From Dehalococcoidia bacterium (GTDB lineage Bacteria; Chloroflexota; Dehalococcoidia; Lucifugimonadales; UBA1127): 64,000 bases of DNA. The notes under the pieces were generated by a model that saw only the letters and a list, made by a program, of their open reading frames with translations, was not told the DNA's origin and searched no databases. Shown one piece after another: positions 9,429 through 17,486 of this stretch. The stretch is taken from contig OZ240224.1 in the NCBI GenBank assembly GCA_965197715.1, forward strand, positions 1,885,657 to 1,949,656. The letters run 5' to 3'. A program made the translations under genes and the position numbers. Numbering within the stretch: position 1 is the stretch's first letter; each line of letters opens with the position of its first letter.

Positions 9429-10700
9429 CTAAGCCGTCGTGTCCGCTCCCTGGGTTGCCTTGGCCGCCTCTTCCAGGGTTGCGGAGTTGGGCGTCATCAG
9501 CGCGATGGACCGGGCGCGGTACACCTCGCCGTGGCTGGCGGCATATGGCTCGACACCCTCCATCAGGCTCCGGGCCTCCGACAGCAACCGCCGCCTGGCC
9601 GCTATGATGGCCGAGTCGCTGGTCCCCAGGTGCTCCTGGGACCGGTCGACGATGGCGCCCATCCCTTCGATCACCGCCATGTCCTGGGCCTGGATGCCCC
9701 AGATTCCCGTGAAGTTGTAGGTCCGCTGCATCTCCCGGTCCATGAGGTAGTCGTTGTCCATGTTGGCCAGGGGCCGGTAGGCGCCCGGAGCCACCTCCTC
9801 GTGAAAATAGCCGCCATCCTCGTATTCGGCGCGTTCAGCGGCCGTTAGGGGGCGGTCCGGGTTCCACGACACCCGGAACACCATGGCGTTCTCATCGTCT
9901 ATTGGCACGTAGGAGTTGCTCGTCATCACTGCGTCCTCCTCCGCCGGAACGATCATGTGGAAGGGGAGGAACCAGGGCGTTATGCGCCAGTATGCGTTCT
10001 CCTTGGCGTCCCTCCGCGCCCCGATGAGCAGGCCGTGGTCGGTCTCCTTGAGAAAGAACCGCGGGGACCCGTCGTTGAAGGCGTAGACCAGGTCCCCCTG
10101 TCCGGAGATGGTCAATGAGTACTGGGGCAGATCCAAGCGCCTGTGCAGGAAGCTGATGTGGCTGGAGTCGATACCGCCTTCCAGCGCCTGCATGTAGCTG
10201 CACTGCTGCACGCACTTGGTGACGTGGACGTGGCTCTGCGGCACTCTGGTCCAGCCCAGCTCCGGGAGCTGCGGTGTCAGCTCTCGTGGCCCCAGGTACG
10301 CCCAGACCATGCCGCTCCGCTCCTGGGTCGGGTACGCCATGGCCTGTATCTTCTCTTTGAAGTTGCTCTCCGGGGGCTCGGAGGGCATGTCGACGCAGGC
10401 GCCGTTCACGTCGAACTTCCAGCCGTGGTAGACACAGCGAAGGCCGCACTCCTCGTTGCGGGCGAAGAAGAGGTGGGCGCGCCGGTGTGGACATCGGGCT
10501 TGCAGCAGTCCCACCGCACCGCTGGTGTCTCTGAATGCGACCAGGTCCTCGCCGAGAAGCCGTACCCGCACCGGGGGACTGTCCGGCTCAGGCACTTCTT
10601 CGGACAGCAGCGCCGGGACCCAGAACCGTCGGAGCAGGTTCCCCATCGGGTCCCCCGGCCCGATGCGACAGAGGAGTTTGTTGTCTTCCAGCGACAGCAT
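9429..10700 (-). CDS. Rieske [2Fe-2S] non-heme-iron oxygenase, alpha-subunit-like
   Basis: CPHRRAHLFFARNEECGLRCVYHGWKF is a CxH...CxxH Rieske motif. A large C-terminal catalytic domain follows (SSHISFLH...). Confidence 0.85.
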   Translation of the reverse strand: MLSLEDNKLLCRIGPGDPMGNLLRRFWVPALLSEEVPEPDSPPVRVRLLGEDLVAFRDTSGAVGLLQARCPHRRAHLFFARNEECGLRCVYHGWKFDVNGACVDMPSEPPESNFKEKIQAMAYPTQERSGMVWAYLGPRELTPQLPELGWTRVPQSHVHVTKCVQQCSYMQALEGGIDSSHISFLHRRLDLPQYSLTISGQGDLVYAFNDGSPRFFLKETDHGLLIGARRDAKENAYWRITPWFLPFHMIVPAEEDAVMTSNSYVPIDDENAMVFRVSWNPDRPLTAAERAEYEDGGYFHEEVAPGAYRPLANMDNDYLMDREMQRTYNFTGIWGIQAQDMAVIEGMGAIVDRSQEHLGTSDSAIIAARRRLLSEARSLMEGVEPYAASHGEVYRARSIALMTPNSATLEEAAKATQGADTTA

Positions 10701-10769
10701 GTCGCCCTCGTTGCTGCGGGGTTGAGCTTCATGCAGCCTAGAGACTCCCGCTCAGGAAGTCAACGCTCG

Positions 10770-11183
10770 CTAGGCGGCGGCCTCCGTCAGCATCCTGGCC
10801 GGCGTTACCGTCAGGACCACGCCGGCCACCTCCGACAGCAGTTGGTCGGCGTAGGCGGGCCCGCGCTCCTGTCCGATGTAGCGGACGCTCAGGCTGCGTG
10901 TGAGCTCCTCGACCCCCTCCGTGCCGATCTCCCCGGCGCCGTTCACCACGACGTACCCGTAGGGCTCTTCGTGGGTGGCGATGCAGATGGAGACCCTCGC
11001 GTCCCTGCGAACGTTTCGCACCTTCACCGAGTCGCTGCCCATGATGAAAAGGAACCGCTGCCCGTCATAGGCGAACCACACAGGAGTCGAGTGCGGGGAG
11101 CCGTCGGGCCGGATGGTGGTCAGGCTGACGACCAGGGGGCGGTCCAGGAACTCGGCCAGCTCTTGGTCTGTCATAGCGGGCAT
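10770..11183 (-). CDS. pyridoxamine 5'-phosphate oxidase-fold (PPOX-class, possibly F420/FMN-dependent) protein
   Basis: 137 aa. ELAEFLDRPLVVSLTTIRPDGSPHSTPVWF...DSVKVRNVRRDARVSI is typical of the split-barrel PPOX class. Begins 3 nt after the amidase stop. Confidence 0.7.
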   Translation of the reverse strand: MPAMTDQELAEFLDRPLVVSLTTIRPDGSPHSTPVWFAYDGQRFLFIMGSDSVKVRNVRRDARVSICIATHEEPYGYVVVNGAGEIGTEGVEELTRSLSVRYIGQERGPAYADQLLSEVAGVVLTVTPARMLTEAAA

Positions 11184-11186
11184 GGC

Positions 11187-12614
11187 TTACTCCACAAGCG
11201 ACGGTAGTCTTCCCCGGGCGGGCGAGACCTTTTCGTATGCGCGCGCCACCTGCAACACCAGGGCCTCGTCGAAGGGCCGTCCCGTGATCTGGAACCCAAT
11301 GGGTAGCCCTGTGTCGGTGAACCCGCAGGGTACGCTGATGGCGGGCAGCCCCGTGGCGTTGCCGACAAAGGTGTTGCGGATCATGGCGTTGCGAAGGGGT
11401 CCGGTCAACGGATGCTCGACTCCCGATATCGTCACCGCCTTTGCTCCAATGCGGGGCGGCGCCATGACGGCCGTAGGCGCGACGAGCACGTCAACCTGTG
11501 CCATTACCCTGGCAAACTCCTCCTTGATGAGCCGTTGGACCTTGAGACCCTTGGCGTAGTCGCGGCCCAGGACGAACTGCCCGGCCAAGTACCGGTCTAC
11601 CAGGTCCGGGCTGTAGTCCTCACGCTGTTCCGCCAGGTACTGCTCGTGGACCAGGAAGTTCTCCGGCATGCTCACGATACGCATGACGTCGGCGTACTCC
11701 AGCATGTCCAGGCGCACTTCCGTCGTCCGGGCCCCCAGCTCCTCGAGGGCAGCGATGGCCTGGCGCACCCCGGCCTCGACCGCGGTGTCCACGACGTCGA
11801 AGTAGTAGTTGGTAGGTACCCCGACCCTGAGGCCCGCCACGCCTCGCTCCAGGTTCACGGTGTAGTCAGGCACGTCCACCGGGACGGTGCTGGGGTCCAG
11901 GGGGTCGTATCCCGCGATGGCTTGCAGCACCAGCGCGCTGTCCCTCACGGACCGGGTCAGCGGCCCGATGTGGTCCCCGTTGAAGCTGGTGCCCAGGAGC
12001 CCGCGATTGCTCACCCGCCCGAACGTGGCCTTGAGGCCCACGATGCCGCAGTAGGCCGCGGGGCCCCGCACCGAGCCCGCCAGGTCCGTACCCAGGGATG
12101 CGAAGGTGACACAGGCTGCGACGTTTGCACCGCCGCCGCCGCTGGAGCCCCCCGGCACGTGGTCCAGGTCCCACGGGTTGTGTACCGCGCCGTAGTGCGG
12201 GTTGTCGGATGTGCCGCCTGCGGCGAACTCGTGCAGGTTCTCCTTGCCCAGCATGATGGCGCCGGCGTCGCGGCACAGCTCCACGACGGCTGCGTCGCTG
12301 TCGGGCACATGGCCGCTGAGCACCTTGGAGCCGAGCGTCGTACGGACGCCCGCCGTGGACAGGTTGTCCTTCACCCCAATGGGGATGCCGTCCAGGGGGC
12401 CGCGATAGCCGCCTCTGCCTATCGCCTCCTCCCGGGTCTTGGCGGCGGCCCGGGCCTGCTCCGGCAGCAGCGTGATGAAGCTGTTGAGGGAGGGCTGCAG
12501 CCGCTCGGCCTGGGCAAGCGCGGCTTCTGTCAGCTCCACGGGAGAGACCTCACGGTCCCTTATGCGAGGCGCCAGGTCGGCGATGCTCTGCTTGAGGAGG
12601 TCAGCGTAGCTCAT
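11187..12614 (-). CDS. amidase-signature family amidase (GatA-like)
   Basis: ORF 11187..13139 trimmed to ATG 12614 (MSYADLLKQSIADL...). GVKDNLSTAGVRTT and PGGSSGGGGA amidase-signature motifs. The upstream 175 codons are low-complexity junk. Confidence 0.9.
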   Translation of the reverse strand: MSYADLLKQSIADLAPRIRDREVSPVELTEAALAQAERLQPSLNSFITLLPEQARAAAKTREEAIGRGGYRGPLDGIPIGVKDNLSTAGVRTTLGSKVLSGHVPDSDAAVVELCRDAGAIMLGKENLHEFAAGGTSDNPHYGAVHNPWDLDHVPGGSSGGGGANVAACVTFASLGTDLAGSVRGPAAYCGIVGLKATFGRVSNRGLLGTSFNGDHIGPLTRSVRDSALVLQAIAGYDPLDPSTVPVDVPDYTVNLERGVAGLRVGVPTNYYFDVVDTAVEAGVRQAIAALEELGARTTEVRLDMLEYADVMRIVSMPENFLVHEQYLAEQREDYSPDLVDRYLAGQFVLGRDYAKGLKVQRLIKEEFARVMAQVDVLVAPTAVMAPPRIGAKAVTISGVEHPLTGPLRNAMIRNTFVGNATGLPAISVPCGFTDTGLPIGFQITGRPFDEALVLQVARAYEKVSPARGRLPSLVE

Positions 12615-12808
12615 GATGGCTTGGGTCCTTCGTCTGCGCGGAGCAGCCGTCCCGCGAGGACTCCCCTGAGATCGAGCTGCTCCATCCTGGTCGCAATGTC
12701 CAGGTAGCTCTGCACGTGGGGCAGCACCCGGTCCAGCTCCTCGTCGCTCATCTCCAGGCCGCCGAGCTCCTGAAGCATGCGTCGCAGGGTCTCTCTCGTC
12801 ACTGGCAT
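12611..12808 (-). CDS. GatC-like small subunit (AtzG-like) coupled to the amidase
   Basis: 65-aa ORF MPVTRETLRRMLQELGGLEMSDEELDRVLPHVQSYLDIATRMEQLDLRGV... matches the GatC pattern (LARLxLsdEELe...ildyv..l.elD..gv). Its stop overlaps the amidase ATG (ATGA). Confidence 0.6.
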   Translation of the reverse strand: MPVTRETLRRMLQELGGLEMSDEELDRVLPHVQSYLDIATRMEQLDLRGVLAGRLLRADEGPKPS

Positions 12809-13109
12809 CAGCTCGCTCCTGAGTTGCCGCTCGGCCAGCCCAGCGCCTCTGCGGCCATGTCGATGGAGACTGTACCACGAAAGCACCAGTATGCGGCGCG
12901 GCACGGGGGGCCGTGTGGCGGACCTGGCTTGATTGTTCTCCTTCGCTTGATTGTCGGCAGCTTCTTTCTTGCGCACTCGTGAAGCTAAAAAGTGCAGAAA
13001 AAGGTGATTGTTTGCTGGGCTGTTTGTTCTTCCTTGCTTGGAGGCCGCAGGGGTCTGCTGACGGGCCGGTTGAAGCTGGACCGTCCTTCCGCAGATGGGT
13101 GCGGCGCCG

Positions 13110-13290
13110 ATTGTTCTGTGTGTCTCGGGCGACTTCCACAGCGGCAAGGTCTGGGGCCTGCGCTACAACGGGTCCGCATTACGGAGCGCCGGGAGGGGCG
13201 AGTGACACCACGCTCCCCATCTCCGCCTTTGGGGAGGACACGCAGAGCGAGCCCTACTTCCTCTCCTTGGACCGCGGCCTGCATAGGACC
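13110..13290 (+). pseudogene. remnant of a PQQ-dependent sugar dehydrogenase-like C-terminus (frameshifted)
   Basis: Frame a: IVLCVSGDFHSGKVWGLRYNGS...stop at 13203. Frame +1 from 13207: TTLPISAFGEDTQSEPYFLSLDRGLHRT. Together these resemble the G-DY-SG-iW-L / sFGED--GELY-l terminal blades. No N-terminal part is present. Confidence 0.3.
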
Positions 13291-13460
13291 GCCGCGGGAC
13301 ACTGGGACCGCCGCCGCGCACCTTCTCGCTGAGGAGCAGCACGTCATTGGAGAGCTTGGCCGCCCCGCTGCAAAGTGACCTCCTTGTATCTTGGTCTTGG
13401 TGTGTTGGGGAGAGTGTAGGGCATATGTTCTGGTTGGAGCAAGGGGGGGATGGCATGATG

Positions 13461-13700
13461 GGGGGAATGCCCCGCCGCGCCGCGCCCGGTGGGTTCCCGG
13501 TCGCTGGCGCGACGGCCACGTGGGGGGAGTCCCGCACCGCCACCCTGGATTCCCGGTCGCTGCGCGACGGCCTTGTTGGGCGTGGGTGCGGTCCGCGGCG
13601 TTGTGCGGCGCGCATGGTTCGACAAGCTCACCATGGCGGAAAGGGGCCTCGCCTGTAGAGGCCGGCCCCCGCCCCTGGATTCCCGCTTGCGCGGGAAAGA
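13461..13700. repeat. cluster of GC-rich intergenic hairpin repeats (families A and B)
   Basis: Units ending in GGTTCCCGGTCGCTGGCGCGACGG (13485-13515), CCCTGGATTCCCGGTCGCTGCGCGACGG (13543-13570) and CCCTGGATTCCCGCTTGCGCGGGAAAGAC (13673-13700). The same motifs recur at 46.3, 46.7, 46.9, 51.0, 51.2, 52.4 and 54.9 kb. Confidence 0.7.
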
Positions 13701-13973
13701 CGGGAGGGGGACGCCGCGCTGAAGGGTCTCACCGCCTGCTCCGAATCTCGACAGGTGGGCGGAGGCGCACGGCACTGCGAGCTTTGGGCAGGTGGTCTCA
13801 GTCTAGGGTTACGGCAGACCAGAAGAGCAGATGCTCGCCCACGCTGAGGCCTCTGCCCGATGTTCCATCGGCTATACTAAATTGTGGCATCTGCATCCGC
13901 GGGAAGCCTCGGCCATCGGCTTGTCTTCCCAGTCCCCTTCCCCGAGAGGACCGCACGGCACAGGGGGTCGAAG

Positions 13974-15236
13974 ATGAGGCCATCCGTAACTCTGCAGGAC
14001 GTCCGCCGGGCCCAGAGCGCTATCGCTCATCTAGCGCTCAGGACGCCCATATTGCCCGCGCACTACCTGGGCCAGTTGGCGGGGTGTGAGCTTCTCCTGA
14101 AGGCCGAGAACCTACAGAGAGCGGGCTCCTTCAAGGTTCGAGGCGCCGCCAACAAGCTCGCCGCCTTGAGTCTGGACCAGAAGGCCAGGGGCGTCATTGC
14201 CGCCAGCGCCGGCAACCACGCCCAGGGAGTCGCCCTGGCGGCCGCCAATCTTGGCATACCGTGCACCGTCGTCATGCCCACGGGTGCTTCCATCCCCAAG
14301 GTGGAGGCCACCCGGGGCTATGGCGCAACGGTGCTCCTCCAGGGTGATGACTTCGACCAGTCCCAGAGACACGCCCGGCGCGTCATGCGGGAAAACGACC
14401 TGACTCTCATCCACGCCTTCGACGATCCTGCAATAGTAGCGGGGCAGGGGACCATCGGCCTGGAGATGCTCGAGCAGGCGGAGGACCTGGACACGGTTGT
14501 AGTGCCCGTGGGAGGGGGAGGCTTGATATCGGGTATCGCCCTGGCCATAAAGGAAATGACGCCTGGAATCAGGGTGATAGGGGTACAGGCTGAGGCTGCC
14601 TCCGCCGTTGTCGACTCGTACAAGGCCAACCGGCGCGTCACCGTGAAGAGGCAGGCCACTGTGGCCGATGGCATTGCCGTGGGCACGCCGGGCACGATCA
14701 CCCTTCCCCTGGTCTCACGCTACGTGGACGATTTGGTCCTGGTTGCGGAGGATGAGATCACACAGGCCATGATGCTGCTCCTCGAGAGAGGCAAGCTGCT
14801 CGTGGAGGGGGCCGGCGCGGTCGGACTGGCGGCGGTGCTGGGAGGCAAAATCCAGGTCGCAGGGAAGCGGGTGGCGGTGGTGCTGAGCGGCGGCAACGTG
14901 GACACTCACCTGATAGCGCGGGTCATGGAGCACGGCCTGGCCCACGCAGGCCGCTACCTCGTGCTGCGCATCATGGTGGAGGACCGCCCCGGACAGCTGA
15001 ATCGTCTGCTGAGCGTCGTATCCAGCACCGAGGTGAATGTGCTGGACATAGGCCATCTGAGGCATGACCCATCGGTGCACATGGGCCAGGTAGAGATCCA
15101 GCTTACTCTGGAGACCAGGAACTACGCCCACGCCGAGGAGGTACGGGAGCGGCTTCGCAACGCGGGGTACATGCCCCGTGAGAATGAGCCGGTTGGCGGG
15201 CCCGCCTCGGCCGCAGAGGGCGCGTCGACCCCGTAA
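13974..15236 (+). CDS. ilvA: threonine ammonia-lyase (threonine dehydratase) with C-terminal ACT-like domain
   Basis: ORF trimmed to ATG 13974 (GGGGG SD). LKAENLQRAGSFKVRGA PLP-lysine motif, GGGGLISG loop, and a C-terminal regulatory domain. Confidence 0.88.
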   Translation: MRPSVTLQDVRRAQSAIAHLALRTPILPAHYLGQLAGCELLLKAENLQRAGSFKVRGAANKLAALSLDQKARGVIAASAGNHAQGVALAAANLGIPCTVVMPTGASIPKVEATRGYGATVLLQGDDFDQSQRHARRVMRENDLTLIHAFDDPAIVAGQGTIGLEMLEQAEDLDTVVVPVGGGGLISGIALAIKEMTPGIRVIGVQAEAASAVVDSYKANRRVTVKRQATVADGIAVGTPGTITLPLVSRYVDDLVLVAEDEITQAMMLLLERGKLLVEGAGAVGLAAVLGGKIQVAGKRVAVVLSGGNVDTHLIARVMEHGLAHAGRYLVLRIMVEDRPGQLNRLLSVVSSTEVNVLDIGHLRHDPSVHMGQVEIQLTLETRNYAHAEEVRERLRNAGYMPRENEPVGGPASAAEGASTP

Positions 15237-15460
15237 GGGTGAAGATCGAGTTTCCGCGCCGTCCCCACCGGGCTCAAGGTTGGAGGCCAACCTGAAGGGA
15301 CCGGGGAAGGACGGGTCGGCTTGTGGGTGCGCCCCTGGGCCAGGTCCCTAGCAGTCTTACACCCCTCGGAACGGTGCGCGATCAGTTCGGACATCCGAGC
15401 CTATGCCGCTTGTCATGGAGAATGCGGACGGGGCGGGTCTCCGGGACTTGGAGCGGCTTC

Positions 15461-15568
15461 ATTCCACACGCGCGGTTGGCTCAAGGCCACGCCGCTTTCG
15501 CCAGGCCGCTGCGGGACTACGCCCGGAAGAACGGCTACCTGGTAGCAGCCGAGTACGTGGATGAGGCC
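15461..15568 (+). pseudogene. short remnant of a serine recombinase N-terminal domain
   Basis: IPHARLAQGHAAFARPLRDYARKNGYLVAAEYVDEA resembles YARVS..eQ....Q...lr.YAe.nGyeVv.EYvDeG. Only ~35 codons, with no start and no catalytic Ser context. Confidence 0.3.
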
Positions 15569-15579
15569 AATTGCACCCC

Positions 15580-17178
15580 TTATGGAAGAGAGGGAGAGGT
15601 CGGAGAAGCAGCGGCACTGTTCACGCGGTCGAACAGCTCCACGACCCTCTGCTCTGGGGCCGGTGTAAGCAGAGTTGCTAGGACCGCTGCGGGCACGGCA
15701 ATGAGAAAACCGGGCGTGGCAGGTTGAATGCTCCACAGTCCACCCGGGTTGGCCTTCATCAGCTCCCACAGGCCGGAAAGGACCTGGAAGGGAGCGGCCG
15801 AGTTGGCATCCAGGGGCAGATACCACCACAGGGTGGCAATCAGCGTGCCCACTGAAATGGAAGTGACCGCCCCCCAGAAGTTGAACCGCCGCCAATACAG
15901 GGCCAGAAGGGTTGCCGGGCCAAAGGCCGCGCCCATGCCTCCCCAAGCCAAAGACACGAGATTGAATACCGAGTCCGGATGAGAGATGGCCAGTATGGCG
16001 GCAACCATCCCGACTATCAGCAGCATTGCGCGGCCCAGCCAGACGCGGGCACTGGTCTGGACTGAGTAGGTCAGCCGCTTGATGAAGGGCATATCGTCGG
16101 TGACGACAGCTGAGGCCAGCAGCAGCTGGGAGTCGGCGGTGCTCATGACCGCTGCTATCACCGCGGTCAGTAGAAGGCCCGCCACAAGGGGATGAAAGAA
16201 GGATGTGGAGGTAATGAGGTACACTCGCTCCGGGTCCGCCATCACCTGGTCGAGCATACCTTGCTCGGTCAGGGCCGGCACCGCTACCACGCCGAGGAGT
16301 AGACCGAAACTGAACATCAGAACGACCCAGGACACTCCGATGTTGCGGCTGACGGAGATATGTTCTTCCCGGTCCACGGCCATCAGGCGGGCCAGCACGC
16401 GCTGGGAACCGAAGTTGCCCAGGCCCCATCCTGCGGTCGATAGGAGGAATACCAGGCCAATGGCACTGCCGGACTCGCCTGTAAGCGGGTTCCAAAAGTC
16501 CGTCCCGGTTGTTTCCAGACCCCGAAAGGGATCGCCGACCATCACAACTAACGCCACTGGCAGGATGATAAAGCCGGACAGCATTATCAGGGACTGGAAC
16601 ACGTCGGTGTGGGAGACGGCCGAAAAGCCGCCAATGAAGGTATAGGTGGTGATGGCGGCCAGAGTTATCAGGATTCCCAGAGAGTGGTACTCACCGTGGG
16701 TAATGTCAAAGACCACTTCAAGAAGCTTGGCCCCGGCGATTAGGCCCGAGCTGACGTAGAAAATGATGAAGAACACGGTTATGAGCGCCGACATGGTACG
16801 CAGGACGCCGGAACGGTCCATGAAGCGCTTTTCGTAGAACTCTGGCAGGGTAAGGGAGTCGTTAGTGGCGATGGTGTAACGCCGCAACCGTCGCCCCATG
16901 ACCGTCCACACCAGCCAGGCGCCCAACACCAAGCTGGCCACCGTCCACAGGTGCAGCAGACCTGCCGCGAAGGCCAGGGCGGGGAAGACCAACATGGTCC
17001 AACCACTGGCCGCAGAAGAGGCGGCGCTCAGTGCGGAGGTTAAGACCCCCATCTTGCGGCCCCCCAACACATAGTCGGACATGTCATTCAGGTGACGGGA
17101 CCGAAACACCGATATGCCTATTAAGGCGGCAAAATAGGCAATAAAGACCAGGAGCATCCAGTATCCAGCGGTCGTCAC
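15580..17178 (-). CDS. sodium:solute symporter family transporter (PutP-like)
   Basis: DYVLGGRKMGVLTSALSAASSAASGWTMLVFPALAF is the SSF signature region, with ~13 hydrophobic segments. Start set at GTG 17178 (GAGGAA 7 nt upstream). Confidence 0.85.
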   Translation of the reverse strand: MTTAGYWMLLVFIAYFAALIGISVFRSRHLNDMSDYVLGGRKMGVLTSALSAASSAASGWTMLVFPALAFAAGLLHLWTVASLVLGAWLVWTVMGRRLRRYTIATNDSLTLPEFYEKRFMDRSGVLRTMSALITVFFIIFYVSSGLIAGAKLLEVVFDITHGEYHSLGILITLAAITTYTFIGGFSAVSHTDVFQSLIMLSGFIILPVALVVMVGDPFRGLETTGTDFWNPLTGESGSAIGLVFLLSTAGWGLGNFGSQRVLARLMAVDREEHISVSRNIGVSWVVLMFSFGLLLGVVAVPALTEQGMLDQVMADPERVYLITSTSFFHPLVAGLLLTAVIAAVMSTADSQLLLASAVVTDDMPFIKRLTYSVQTSARVWLGRAMLLIVGMVAAILAISHPDSVFNLVSLAWGGMGAAFGPATLLALYWRRFNFWGAVTSISVGTLIATLWWYLPLDANSAAPFQVLSGLWELMKANPGGLWSIQPATPGFLIAVPAAVLATLLTPAPEQRVVELFDRVNSAAASPTSPSLP

Positions 17179-17276
17179 CTTGGATTCCTCAGCCAGGATT
17201 TTCGATGTGGGGGGACTCGGAATGGGAAGGCAGCCCAAGACGATACGGCAGCGTCGAGCTCCTCCACAGCCAGGAG

Positions 17277-17486
17277 CGTGGCCTGATGCAGCGGATCGCC
17301 GTAGGCCTCGGCAACCCCGGTGAGCGGGTCCAGAGCGCCAATCACGAAAGGCTCGTCCCGATGTGGCGGAGTCGGCTCGGCCACAGCAGCTGCCGTGGCG
17401 GGCGCAGGCGCGGAAGCAGGGACTTGCCCCGTGTCTGGAACACAGGCAAGGACCAGAAGCGCCGACAGGCTAAACGAGGAGCTGTT
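17277..17486 (-). pseudogene. N-terminal remnant of a type-1 periplasmic (LivJ-like) solute-binding lipoprotein
   Basis: SSFSLSALLVLACVPDTG (lipobox-like) ...FVIGALDPLTGVAEAYGDPLHQATLLAVEELDAA resembles the start of Leu/Ile/Val-binding proteins. No usable start codon, and homology stops after ~70 aa. Confidence 0.35.

Noticed and set aside
13344-13775. ORFs of 100-230 aa in the 12.8-13.9 kb gap (e.g. 13344-13775 minus, 13391-14089 plus)
   Set aside because: They are Pro/Arg/Gly/Ala-dominated translations of the intergenic hairpin repeats. The same peptide snippets recur wherever the repeats occur, so they are not genes.
15413-16495. 360-aa ORF overlapping the symporter gene in another frame
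   Set aside because: It lies on the same strand as, and inside, the well-supported PutP-like CDS. It has Arg/Pro/Gly-rich composition, so it is an alternative-frame artefact.
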